Below are positions 46,501-56,005 of a DNA stretch of 64,000 nt, in pieces. Location of the stretch: assembly GCA_023379265.1 (NCBI GenBank), contig JAMCUI010000010.1:200-64199 (forward strand). Reading direction: 5' to 3'. Below the pieces are notes generated by a model, which had not been told where the DNA came from, did no database searches, and saw nothing but the letters and a program-made list of their open reading frames with translations. This stretch comes from Patescibacteria group bacterium. GTDB lineage: Bacteria; Patescibacteriota; Microgenomatia; 2-02-FULL-39-11. Positions within the stretch are counted from its first letter, which is position 1. Every line of letters begins with the position of its first letter. Both the position numbers and the translations under genes were made by a program.

Positions 46501-48030
46501 TTAAACCGTATTTCCCCTTAATCTGCCTTTTGCAACCGATTCAATTCTGACTTCTTCAATAATGTCTCCGGTTTCTTTGTCAGATTTGATATCTACCGGA
46601 ATCTGATTATTGAGAAGACCTTGCCGGTATCCTTTGGACGCTTTGTCAATCAGTAAGACAGGAAAGACAAGACCTATATGTTTTTCCAGAAACATTTGAT
46701 ATTTTCTTTGTGACAGTTCAATAAGCGCTTTTACCCTTTTCTTTTTCTGAGCCGGAGTAGGTTCACTTAGCCTTTTGGCCATAAAATAGGCTGCAGTTTT
46801 TTCTCTCCTGTTAAATCTGAAAACGTGGAATTTTGAAATTGGGGTTTTGGATAGAAAGTTATAAGTATCTTCAAAATCGCGGTCTGTCTCCTCAAGAAAT
46901 CCGGCAATAATATCCGTGCCGATAAAAGTCATAGGATGTATTTTTTCCAGAGTTTTGAGCTTTTCCATGAATTCCTCCCGCGTATAGCCGCGTTTCATGT
47001 ATGACAGGATTTTGTTGGATCCTGATTGCAAAGGGATATGGAAAAACTTTACCAGCCTTTCGTGATTTAAGGCCGATTTGTAGAAGCGGAAAAAGTCGTC
47101 ATCTATGCTCCAGGGGTGGATAGAGCCAAAACTAATGCGGGGAATACGAGTTTTGTCGATGATATTGTTCAAAAGATCAATAAAAGACTGGCCTGTGTCA
47201 TATCCATAGGCTTGAGTGTTTATGGCAGTGAGAATGACTTCTTTAATATGCGGGTCCTGTCGCGCAGGTTTCCCAATTCCAGCTTCAAAATCGTCACGAC
47301 TTGGTCGTGACTCAAGGCCGTGAAGCTTTGATTGGGAACCCTCCTTTGCGCCACCCGCGTTTTCTAGATTGGTGAATTTATTTATCGATTTTACAATTTC
47401 GGCGATCCTGCGAGATTTCGGCTGTCCCCGCAGGTAGGGGACTATGCAGAAAGTGCAAAATCTTTGGCAACCGTCCTGGATTTTGACAAGCAACCGGCCG
47501 GAGTTGATAAATTTGTCGCTTATTTGAGGTTTATATCGCGCTTTATAAGCCTCGATACCGGAATTTTCCGACACTCTTGGTTTTTTTTGAACCCTTTTCT
47601 CCTGCCACAAAGTAGTATCTTTGTTGTTTATCCGGCTCTTGGTTGCATTTATGTCGGTCTCCAAACCCGGTATCTCCGGCTGTAAAAGTTTTGAGTTGAG
47701 TAACTGCGAAATATATTCCTTATTGTTGTTATCAATTATCCAATCAACGCCTTCCACTTTTGTATTTTCGTTTATCCACTTGGTGGCGGCACAGCCAGTG
47801 ACGATGATTCTTGTGTTTGGAAGGAGGCGTTTGAGCCGGTAAACCAGTTGTCTTGCCTCACGTTCAGCCTTTGCCGTCACGGCGCAAGTGTTAATAAGGT
47901 ATAAATGAGGATTTTTAGAGTCATAAGAAAAACCGGATGCAAGAAGCTGCCGGTCAAGCATTTCTTTTTCAGCTTGATTCACACGACAGCCGAAAGCGAA
48001 ACTTGCGAATGTTTTATTTTTCTGGATCAT
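46501..48030 (-). CDS. mtaB: tRNA methylthiotransferase, MtaB-like, with two in-frame insertions
   Basis: FGCRVNQAE, INTCAVT, VTGC, KIQDGCQRFCTFCIVP, HIPLQSGS. Confidence 0.85.
   Translation of the reverse strand: MIQKNKTFASFAFGCRVNQAEKEMLDRQLLASGFSYDSKNPHLYLINTCAVTAKAEREARQLVYRLKRLLPNTRIIVTGCAATKWINENTKVEGVDWIIDNNNKEYISQLLNSKLLQPEIPGLETDINATKSRINNKDTTLWQEKRVQKKPRVSENSGIEAYKARYKPQISDKFINSGRLLVKIQDGCQRFCTFCIVPYLRGQPKSRRIAEIVKSINKFTNLENAGGAKEGSQSKLHGLESRPSRDDFEAGIGKPARQDPHIKEVILTAINTQAYGYDTGQSFIDLLNNIIDKTRIPRISFGSIHPWSIDDDFFRFYKSALNHERLVKFFHIPLQSGSNKILSYMKRGYTREEFMEKLKTLEKIHPMTFIGTDIIAGFLEETDRDFEDTYNFLSKTPISKFHVFRFNRREKTAAYFMAKRLSEPTPAQKKKRVKALIELSQRKYQMFLEKHIGLVFPVLLIDKASKGYRQGLLNNQIPVDIKSDKETGDIIEEVRIESVAKGRLRGNTV
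47250..47358. repeat. Palindromic element in-frame within mtaB
   Basis: Nested pairs gcgggt/acccgc, ttcccaa/ttgggaa, agcttc/gaagct and gtcacgac/gtcgtgac. Confidence 0.85.
47542..47686. repeat. Second palindromic element in-frame within mtaB
   Basis: gataccgg (47554-47561)/ccggtatc (47667-47674); ccgaca/tgtcgg; acaaag/ctttgt. Confidence 0.7.
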
Positions 48031-48119
48031 AAATTTAATGGCTCAAAAAAGCTGGAAGGATCTTATATTTTATCATTTTGGTTTAATAGCCACTAGGGTG
48101 CTAAAATACAGCCCAAACT

Positions 48120-49151
48120 ATGCAGAAAGAAGCTTTGATATTCAATGGCTATTCCGGAGACGGTAATGGTAGAGAGAAAGCGATGCAAGTTCAATCCGAA
48201 TTGGGTGATCTGGATATAATAAATTTCTTCGATACACCAGACCGGCCTGAATTATTAGGAGGATATACCAGACACTATGTGTTGGCAGGAGATGCTACTT
48301 TTTCATCTGTATACAGGATGTTAACAAGCGGGAATATACATTTTCCCCAGCCATTTTTATTAGTTCCGTTTCCCGGCGGAGGGGAGCAGGTTATTTCACA
48401 AGTATATGGTTGGAAAAAAAGAACTTCCGAAGATGAAATTACAGATTTACTGGAAAAAATATCGGAAGTGCGAGAAGGGAAAATAAAAGCGGTTAGCCCG
48501 TTGACTGCCTCGGGTAAAAGAGTAGGAGATAATACTGGAGATATTTTATATAAAAAAAGCGTATATCCAGTTTTACCAGCAGAATTTCCTTTCTTATGGA
48601 TACTGGACTCCGGTTTTTCGCCGGATGTCTTAAAAACAGTGGATTTATTGGGTAAGCATGGTTTGGGAAACAGGGGTCGAAGGCTTTTGGGCATGACTAT
48701 TGGTGCTTTGAACAATTTGAGGAAAGGTGAGATGGTAAAGTACGAAAAAAACGGAGAAGTGAATTCTGCAATGGGTATGGGATTGGTGTTACCAAGCGTA
48801 CCGTTATACTCAGCCCATGGCCGGATTGATCGTCAGATAGATTTGGCAAATGTTGATTTAGTTATGATGAGGATCATGCCGGAGAAATTGATTGTTGAGC
48901 GAACCAGATTGGGTGCGTTTGCTACATTTCTGAATGATATGGCAGCTTTTGAATTGGGAAAACCGGCTAAAGGAGGAGCGTTAATCTTTGAGCTAATCCC
49001 AAAAGATGCTAAAGTGACTTTTTCCCCACCAGGAGGTTTGGTCGATTTGGATTCGCTTGTGACATACTCACCACAAGAGTCTGTAATATACGACGGTACT
49101 GATAGATATGGAGATAGGAACGGTTCAGTATTAATTGCCCGAAGAATTTGA
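48120..49151 (+). CDS. Hypothetical protein with a divergent diacylglycerol-kinase-like fold
   Basis: IFNGYSG.G, LAGDATF and VPFPGGGEQ correspond loosely to NPxSG, GGDGT and PxGTxN. Confidence 0.55.
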   Translation: MQKEALIFNGYSGDGNGREKAMQVQSELGDLDIINFFDTPDRPELLGGYTRHYVLAGDATFSSVYRMLTSGNIHFPQPFLLVPFPGGGEQVISQVYGWKKRTSEDEITDLLEKISEVREGKIKAVSPLTASGKRVGDNTGDILYKKSVYPVLPAEFPFLWILDSGFSPDVLKTVDLLGKHGLGNRGRRLLGMTIGALNNLRKGEMVKYEKNGEVNSAMGMGLVLPSVPLYSAHGRIDRQIDLANVDLVMMRIMPEKLIVERTRLGAFATFLNDMAAFELGKPAKGGALIFELIPKDAKVTFSPPGGLVDLDSLVTYSPQESVIYDGTDRYGDRNGSVLIARRI

Positions 49152-49256
49152 TATGTGGTATATCCTATAATTTGCATTTTTTGCTCATTTGTGGTATTTT
49201 AGATGGTTAAATCAATGTCAACCAATAGTTTTTCCTATTGGTTGTTTTATTTTTAT

Positions 49257-49559
49257 ATGGCAGATAAATCCGTATCATCATTAATGTCGTCAGATCCTTT
49301 GGCCGGATTGCCGGGGGCTTTGCGTCTGGAGATGGAGTCATGGGTGGTAAACAGTGTCAAAGTGAAGATGATTAAAAAACTTGACTTACTCTTGGAGGAT
49401 GAAGGTAGGTCAAATGCAAGAAAACTTTTCCTGGTGCCGATTTTTACAATAAACAGTATGGTCAAAAGAGTGGAAGATAATGCACCTGAGCTAAAAACTT
49501 TATTTTATAAAGAATTGGTGCAAGTGATTAAAGAAGCCGGTGATAAAATATCTGGGTAA
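49257..49559 (+). CDS. Hypothetical protein
   Basis: 100-aa helical ORF whose 3' end overlaps fmt convergently. Start placed at ATG 49257. Confidence 0.65.
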   Translation: MADKSVSSLMSSDPLAGLPGALRLEMESWVVNSVKVKMIKKLDLLLEDEGRSNARKLFLVPIFTINSMVKRVEDNAPELKTLFYKELVQVIKEAGDKISG

Positions 49560-50584
49560 CCCTCTGTAAACTGTTTCCAGGAAACCGTATTTTTACCCTC
49601 TAGCTGTACAAGATCTAAAACTAGTTTGGTGGTGGGTGGCGTGTTGTGTGTGATAGATTCTACATGTGCATGAATGATTTTTAATCTTTTTGTTATTTGT
49701 TGTCTGTTTTCTGTTATTTGAATATTTGTCCACATACCAGGCCAGGGAGAAAGGGCACGGAAAGCATTATAAATAATCGTTGTGGGCTGTAGGCTGTAGG
49801 CGGTAAGTGATAGGTGGCGGGTGGTGAGCAACTTCTGGTTGGTCGTTGGGAAGTTTGAGATAATTTCTCTATATAACGGCCAGGAAAGGAGTTTGGATGG
49901 CTCTGGAGATTGTCCGGATATAGCTGGTTTAATAATTGCATAGGGGATGAAGCCGTCGCCCCTTGTAAAAATTTTGGCATAAGTGGCCTTTGAGTGATCT
50001 TGTTTTTGGGGTATGAGTTTATGGTTGTTGAGGCTGTTTATTATTTCTGGAAGTGATAAACCTACAACATTGAACAGTTTTTTATATAATTCTTCAGTTA
50101 TTTCTTTACCATTTAGCTTAACTTCCTTTTGCCAAAGAATATCTCCTGTATCCATTTTCTCATCCATAAGGATAATAGATATCCAACCTGAATTGTCACC
50201 CCGTAAAATCGTATATTGTACAGGGGAGGCGCCGCGAAAATCAGGCAATTTGGAAAAGTGGATATTCAGAGTTTTCAGGCGGGGGAGAGAAAAAATTTCT
50301 TTAGGGATAATTATTCCATAGTCCGCCACAACGGCAATATCAGATTTTAGTTTGGTGATGTCTTCTTTCAGATTTATGAGTTCCTTTTTATTTGCCGGAG
50401 TGAAAACCGGGATTTTGTGAGTCTGTGAATACTTTTTTACTTCAGTGGGAGTGAGTATCTGCCTTCTTCCGACAGGACTGTCTGGTTTGGTTATAATTGC
50501 TTTCAGCTCAAAATTTCTTTTTAGAGAGTCCAGTATGGGCATGCAGTAGTCTGACGAGCCGAAGAATATAATGCGAATGGGCAT
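49505..50584 (-). CDS. fmt: Methionyl-tRNA formyltransferase
   Basis: IFFGS, TKPD..GR, VADYG, NIHFSKLP.FRGASP, MDTGDI; adjacent to def. Confidence 0.95.
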   Translation of the reverse strand: MPIRIIFFGSSDYCMPILDSLKRNFELKAIITKPDSPVGRRQILTPTEVKKYSQTHKIPVFTPANKKELINLKEDITKLKSDIAVVADYGIIIPKEIFSLPRLKTLNIHFSKLPDFRGASPVQYTILRGDNSGWISIILMDEKMDTGDILWQKEVKLNGKEITEELYKKLFNVVGLSLPEIINSLNNHKLIPQKQDHSKATYAKIFTRGDGFIPYAIIKPAISGQSPEPSKLLSWPLYREIISNFPTTNQKLLTTRHLSLTAYSLQPTTIIYNAFRALSPWPGMWTNIQITENRQQITKRLKIIHAHVESITHNTPPTTKLVLDLVQLEGKNTVSWKQFTEGYPDILSPASLITCTNSL

Positions 50585-50692
50585 AAATTTCTAATTCCTA
50601 ATTTCCAATTTCTAATCAATGTTTAAAGATTTATTCTTAGAAATTAATAATTTGGATTTGATTAAAAATTTGAAATTTAAAATTAAAAATTA
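50585..50692. repeat. Inverted heptamer-repeat element between def and fmt
   Basis: aatttct-aattcct-aatttcc-aatttct opposite aaatttg-aaattta-aaattaa-aaattat. Confidence 0.7.
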
Positions 50693-51247
50693 TAATTCAA
50701 TCTCTACCAATTTTTCCTGGCCTTTTTCGTCTTCTTCTATCCGGTATAGTTTTTCCTTTTGTTCCAAAACCCGTTGGGTGAAAAGGACACCACGCAGGTG
50801 GTCGGTCTCGTGTTGGACAATCGTTGCCATAAAGCCTGAGAAATCCTTTTCGTGGGTTTTTCCCTTGATATCCATATATTTCATTTTGACCCGGCTGGCG
50901 CGCTTCAGATGTCCCCAGACATTGTTTATGGATAGACAGCCTTCAAGTTTTTTTTCATCTTTGAGTGATTTATCCTTTTCTTCCCGTTTTATCTCGCTTT
51001 TTTCCTCTGATGTCCAGGTAATCTCTGGGTTTATAAAGACATCAATTTTGGCATCCTCACGGGGACGTGTGATAAATATGCAAAGAGGAACGCCTATTTG
51101 AGGAGCAGCAAGGCCGACACCCTTAGGATGGTTGGCAGCAACAAGGGTATTCTTCATCTGTTTTATGACTGATAGTACTTTTTTATCAACCCTACCTACC
51201 GGTCGACTGGGGGTGGTAAGTACTGGATTTGGTGTTTGAACAATCAT
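50690..51247 (-). CDS. def: Peptide deformylase
   Basis: GVGLAAPQIG, EGCLS, QHETDHL. Confidence 0.97.
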   Translation of the reverse strand: MIVQTPNPVLTTPSRPVGRVDKKVLSVIKQMKNTLVAANHPKGVGLAAPQIGVPLCIFITRPREDAKIDVFINPEITWTSEEKSEIKREEKDKSLKDEKKLEGCLSINNVWGHLKRASRVKMKYMDIKGKTHEKDFSGFMATIVQHETDHLRGVLFTQRVLEQKEKLYRIEEDEKGQEKLVEIEL

Positions 51248-51257
51248 ATTCTTGTAC

Positions 51258-53543
51258 TTATTTCAGTTCTTCCAGTTTTTTCTTAGCGTCCGCATCATTT
51301 GGATTGAGATGTTGCAGTATAAACTGCAATGCCTCTCGAGCTTTTTGTTCCTCCTTTTCCTTGTCGTACAGGAAAGCCAGGGCATAGTAAGCGTCACGGT
51401 AATCAGGTTTCAGTTTAGTGGTTGCCACAAGTTCATCAATTCCCTTTTTAGTCTGGCTCATCTTGTCATATAAGAGTCCCATATTATATGTGATTTTGGG
51501 ATCAGTCGGTGAGAGCTGGTGAGATACTTTTAGAGCGTCCATAGCGTCTGCCAGGTATTTCTGGTCAATTTGAGAAAGTACATAGTAAACGCGGGTTTTT
51601 GTTTTCCAGAAATTAACATTGTTTGGAGAAATTGATGTAGCCATGGAACTAGCCAAAATCGCCTGATTTTTGAGTGCTCCCGAATACGTACTGTTTTTAT
51701 TGTCAGCAAAAGCCAAAGCCATCTCGGAAGCAGCAAAGGAAAATTCATCAAAATATAATGGCTCGCCGTTATTGAGGGAAATAGCATCCTTTATATCTGT
51801 GTAGGCAGTGGTAAAGTCTTGGCCTTGGGAAGCGCGGTAGCCGCTGGCAAAGACGGTATCTGCATACCACATGACAGTTAGTGTAAAAACCAAATAAAGG
51901 ACTACTCCCATAACGGTAATGATTCCAGCATACTGGAGAATGGAAAGCTGATTTTCCTCATAAGGCATGGATCGCGCTGTTTTTTTCTTTGTTTTGGTGG
52001 ATGCCGTAGAGGGAAAAAGAAAATATGGAAGTGAGCCGTTTTCACCATAATAATAGATAAATGCCATAGCCGGCATAAGGAAAAGAAGTATTTGCATGAT
52101 GACTACAGAAAAGCCAAAGAAGTTGGTGATAAGAATTGAAAGCCAGCCTGAAAATAATGAAAGGACGATTAGTTGCGTGCTGTGGGCTGTGGGCCCGCCT
52201 GTCGGCGAGGCAGGTTGTGGGTTATTATCCAGTCTCAGACTGGATCCCGCTGAGGCGGGATGAGTCGTGGGTTTATCCTGAGCGGCGTCAACAGCGAAGG
52301 GTTGAATCTTAAAAAGACTCCAAAAGATAAATACTCCCAAAATCAAAAGGTAAGTTCCCAAGCCGAAAGCACCAGTAGTCGCTGCGAAATTCAGGTATTC
52401 GTTATGAGCTTTGTTATAAAGAAAATCCCATTCTGAAGTCATATTGTGTTCAACTGGGCGGAATTTGTAGTAGGAAAAAGCAAAAGTTTCAACCCCGGTA
52501 CCAAAAAGCGGATAATGACGGAATATATCAAGTGCACCTTTCCAAACAATCTCCCTGATCTTGCCTGATCCTGTAATTCCTACCTCTATTATCGAACCGC
52601 CGATCGGTTTTTGGATTTTTGGTAAAGGTTGTTTATGCTCAATTTTAGTTTGGAAAGAAGTGTATAAGTCTGGAAGTGTAAATTTACTCAACTGGTCAAA
52701 AGGGATACCCAATATGAATGTAAAAATGATAAACGACAAATTAAAAATGAGTAAAATCCTGACTGTGGCATGCCGGTATTTTAATTTCAGTAGTAGGATA
52801 AGCCAAAAAATAAAGTTGACTACCCAAAAGGCAATAAACCCCGAGCGGGATTTGGTAAAGATGAGTGCGGCATAAAAAAGGATGGCAACAGAGAGATATT
52901 TCCAAAAAGTCCGGTCAGACAACATGTCTTTAGCTTCTTCCCATATATGGGAGATTTGCTGTAGGCTCAAAGCAAAAGTGATTGGAAGAAGGGCAACTAA
53001 ATAGGCTGCCAGCCAGTTGGGCTGGCCGAGTGTGGAAAAAACCCGATCCTGTACATCCTGGACCCAAAGGTCTTTATCTATGCCAAGATGCTCCAGGACG
53101 CCGTAAAATGCAATTAATATTGCGGAAGCTAATGTTACATAAAGAAGCGTTTTGATTTTTCCCCTTGGGAAATTGGTGACAAAAGCGTAGAAAAGCAGAA
53201 TATAGCTAATTGTTGATAATAGCCCGCCATTGAATCTGCTATAGTAACCCCATAATGAAACGTGTTGGTCTATGGAGAGGATTGTAGATATGGTTTGGCT
53301 TATAAGAAAAAGCAGAATAGGTATGTCAAGAGGCGTACGGGCAATCCTGAGTTTTTTTTCTATAAGCATTTTTGCCATCCAAGCGCCCACGATAATGACG
53401 GTTAACCCATATGTCAACATCATTTTGTTATACTCGAAAAGCTCGTAATTGAGAGGTGAAAGTATTATGGGTACTAAGAAAAACAGCAGGAAAAAAGTAT
53501 AGATGATGATATTGTCGAAAAAGTGTCCAAGAGCTTTTTGCAT
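51258..53543 (-). CDS. O-antigen ligase-like (Wzy_C) protein with C-terminal TPR
   Basis: RVFSTLGQPNW, TKSRSG, PLFGTG.ETF, AHNEYL; TPR-like C-terminus. Confidence 0.9.
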   Translation of the reverse strand: MQKALGHFFDNIIIYTFFLLFFLVPIILSPLNYELFEYNKMMLTYGLTVIIVGAWMAKMLIEKKLRIARTPLDIPILLFLISQTISTILSIDQHVSLWGYYSRFNGGLLSTISYILLFYAFVTNFPRGKIKTLLYVTLASAILIAFYGVLEHLGIDKDLWVQDVQDRVFSTLGQPNWLAAYLVALLPITFALSLQQISHIWEEAKDMLSDRTFWKYLSVAILFYAALIFTKSRSGFIAFWVVNFIFWLILLLKLKYRHATVRILLIFNLSFIIFTFILGIPFDQLSKFTLPDLYTSFQTKIEHKQPLPKIQKPIGGSIIEVGITGSGKIREIVWKGALDIFRHYPLFGTGVETFAFSYYKFRPVEHNMTSEWDFLYNKAHNEYLNFAATTGAFGLGTYLLILGVFIFWSLFKIQPFAVDAAQDKPTTHPASAGSSLRLDNNPQPASPTGGPTAHSTQLIVLSLFSGWLSILITNFFGFSVVIMQILLFLMPAMAFIYYYGENGSLPYFLFPSTASTKTKKKTARSMPYEENQLSILQYAGIITVMGVVLYLVFTLTVMWYADTVFASGYRASQGQDFTTAYTDIKDAISLNNGEPLYFDEFSFAASEMALAFADNKNSTYSGALKNQAILASSMATSISPNNVNFWKTKTRVYYVLSQIDQKYLADAMDALKVSHQLSPTDPKITYNMGLLYDKMSQTKKGIDELVATTKLKPDYRDAYYALAFLYDKEKEEQKAREALQFILQHLNPNDADAKKKLEELK
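52171..52301. repeat. Composite REP-like/heptamer insertion in-frame within the ligase gene
   Basis: gctgtgg repeats, cccgcctgtcggcgaggcagg, atccagtc-tca-gactggat, tcccgc-tgag-gcggga and gtttatcctgagc...cgaaggg. Confidence 0.8.
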
Positions 53544-53595
53544 GATGACATTTTATACTTCTTGTATTTGAAAATGCAATCAGTATGTATCCTTC

Positions 53596-53784
53596 TAGAA
53601 CTCATCTCGATATACTCACGTAACTTCGGTTTGCAACTAAGTTACTCAGTATATACCCCTCTAATCCGCTTTTTCTCCCGATTAAATCGGGATGCAAACC
53701 GGAGTAAGATGGGTATATCCTGTTTTTAGCTTCGGATTATATTATTCCTTCAGGCTTGAAAATGAGATTTTGAGATAGCTTCTA
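53596..53784. mobile_element. MITE-like element with imperfect TIRs and internal hairpins
   Basis: TAGAACTCATCTC ... GAGATAGCTTCTA (10/13 inverted match); parts recur at 55148-55211, 62960-63047 and 1357-1447. Confidence 0.75.
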
Positions 53785-53923
53785 AACTGAATTGATCCAT
53801 TGTGTCATATCAAGTTAAAATCCAGTTTCTATCACTTGTTTCATATTCCTTTTTGGTCTGATAAAATAGTGCAAGTAGGCCGTATTTTTATGATTTTGAA
53901 AACGAAAATACGGCGATACATTT

Positions 53924-54973
53924 ATGCTTGATTTTCTTTTCGGATTTTTCAGCCACGATTTGGCTATTGACCTTGGTACAGCAAACACACTGGTTTTTGT
54001 CAAAGGGAAAGGGATTGCAATAAGGGAGCCTTCTGTTGTCGCCAGGCATAAAAAAACAAAAAAAATCTTGGCAATTGGGCGTGAAGCCAAAAAAATGGTA
54101 GGGAAAACTCCTACACAGATTGAAGCTTTCAGACCGCTGCGGGGAGGAGTTATAGCCGATTTTGATGCGACAGAGGCAATGCTGAATTATTATATCAATG
54201 TAGTCCATGAAAATCCCAAATCCTTTATACCCAAGATTCCCAGACCGAAAGTAATTCTGGGAATTCCTTCCGGAGTTACTGAAGTGGAAAGAAGAGCGGT
54301 GCAAGATGCGGCTCTTTCTGCAGGCGCCCGGGAAGCATATCTTATCGAAGAGCCTATGGCGGCTGCAATTGGAGCTAATCTTCCTATTGAAGAGGCGCGT
54401 GGGAGCATGGTTGTGGATATTGGAGGAGGGACGACGGAAATTGCAGTAATTTCTCTTGGCGGTATAGTACTCAATAAATCATTAAGGGTTGCCGGAGATC
54501 AGATGGATGACGCGATTGTTTCTTATGTCCGGCTAAAACACTCGCTTCTTTTGGGAGTGACATCTGCTGAGACAGTAAAAATGACTATCGGTAGCGCCTA
54601 CCAGCCTAAAGAGGAAAAACACAGCGTAGTACGAGGAAGGGATTTGGAAAACGGTCTTCCCAAATCAGTCAAGTTGACCGCTAGTGAAGTAAGAGAAGCT
54701 GTTTCACCCACTATAAACCAGATAATTGAATCAATTGATGAAACTGTGGAGGAGATACCCCCGGAGCTTGTAGGTGATGTCCTAGAGCAAGGGATAACGT
54801 TGGCAGGTGGCGGAGCACTTCTTGCAGGCATAGATAAGGTTATTGCTGAGGCTACCAAAATGCCTGTATGGGTGGCTGAAGATCCACTGACCTGTGTCGT
54901 GCGCGGTGCGGCGAAGCTTTTGGATGATGAGAAGTTGCTGGCTAAAGTAAGAGTGACAGGAGGATTAAAATAA
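53924..54973 (+). CDS. mreB: Rod shape-determining actin homolog MreB
   Basis: IDLGTANT, EPSVVA, TEVERRAV, VDIGGGTTE. Confidence 0.97.
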   Translation: MLDFLFGFFSHDLAIDLGTANTLVFVKGKGIAIREPSVVARHKKTKKILAIGREAKKMVGKTPTQIEAFRPLRGGVIADFDATEAMLNYYINVVHENPKSFIPKIPRPKVILGIPSGVTEVERRAVQDAALSAGAREAYLIEEPMAAAIGANLPIEEARGSMVVDIGGGTTEIAVISLGGIVLNKSLRVAGDQMDDAIVSYVRLKHSLLLGVTSAETVKMTIGSAYQPKEEKHSVVRGRDLENGLPKSVKLTASEVREAVSPTINQIIESIDETVEEIPPELVGDVLEQGITLAGGGALLAGIDKVIAEATKMPVWVAEDPLTCVVRGAAKLLDDEKLLAKVRVTGGLK

Positions 54974-55096
54974 TTTTCCTAAAAAGCTGCTCGTAATGAA
55001 AATTTCCTAAATCGCAAGGACGGGAGATTCTAAAGTATGCTGTTTGAAAAGGAATACCCGCTTTCACTAATCCGGGTTTACAACTGATTATTTTAG

Positions 55097-55140
55097 TCCT
55101 TCGACTTCGTTTCAGGACTGAGCCTGAGTTTATCGAAGGA
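55097..55140. repeat. REP-like palindrome
   Basis: tccttcgacttcgtttcagg...cctgagtttatcgaagga. Confidence 0.65.
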
Positions 55141-55147
55141 AAGTATT

Positions 55148-55211
55148 TACCCCTCTAATCTGCTTTTTTTCCCGATTAAATCGGGATGCAAACCAGAATA
55201 AGACGGGTATA
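55148..55211. repeat. Partial copy of the MITE-like element
   Basis: 59/64 identical to 53654-53717. Confidence 0.85.
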
Positions 55212-55222
55212 AAATATTTATA

Positions 55223-55990
55223 ATGGTAAAACTTGAACGTATCCATTGGCTTCTTATCATCTCATTTTTCCTTGCTCTTTTTGACTATGCAGGATTTCTG
55301 GTAGGATTGAGGGGGATGACAGTACAGGTGGTATTGCCTGTCAAGCAAAGTGTTTATAATCTGTCATTGGCTGTAAAAAGTCTTGGAGTGGTAATATCGG
55401 AATATCCTCAGATTGCCGATATAGCCCAGAATAATCTAAATCTGAAAAAAACAAACGAAGAGTTAGAGATACAGGTAAAATCATTGACGGATGATAACGC
55501 AAAACTGCGGTCCCAACTAGGCGCGCCGCTACCCCCATCTTTCCAATTTGTGTTAGCGCACGTGGTGTCCGTCTCAAGATATATGGAAGTGGATGTAGGC
55601 ACGAATGAGAATGTAAAACCGGGTATGAGTGTGGTAGACGGTACAAGCCTTGTCGGCCGTGTGTTATCTGTATCCTCAAACCGCAGCCAGATAATATTGC
55701 CGTTTGATCCCGATTTTTCCATACCCGGAAAGACTTCCAGGGCGACAGCCGGACTGGTAGTTGGTCAGGGAAACAATGTGGTAATATTGGATAAAGTGCT
55801 CCAAAAAGATCCTCTTTTTTTGGATGACACTGTTGTGACAAGCGGGGATGGAGGATTGCCGTCAAACCTATTTATAGGAAAAGTTTCCCATATCACTTCT
55901 GATGATGTTTCTCCTTATAAACAGGCTAAAATCAGTCCTGCAATAGATTATTCAAAAGAGACAATGGTGTTTATCATTACTTCCATATGA
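55223..55990 (+). CDS. mreC: Rod shape-determining protein MreC
   Basis: TM helix, coiled coil, LVGRV, VVTSG.GG.P; follows mreB. Confidence 0.9.
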   Translation: MVKLERIHWLLIISFFLALFDYAGFLVGLRGMTVQVVLPVKQSVYNLSLAVKSLGVVISEYPQIADIAQNNLNLKKTNEELEIQVKSLTDDNAKLRSQLGAPLPPSFQFVLAHVVSVSRYMEVDVGTNENVKPGMSVVDGTSLVGRVLSVSSNRSQIILPFDPDFSIPGKTSRATAGLVVGQGNNVVILDKVLQKDPLFLDDTVVTSGDGGLPSNLFIGKVSHITSDDVSPYKQAKISPAIDYSKETMVFIITSI

Positions 55991-56005
55991 GACGATTTAC
56001 TAAAA

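Noticed and set aside
49505-49559. 55-bp convergent overlap of fmt and a hypothetical gene
   Set aside because: Common in compact genomes; no sign of a function.
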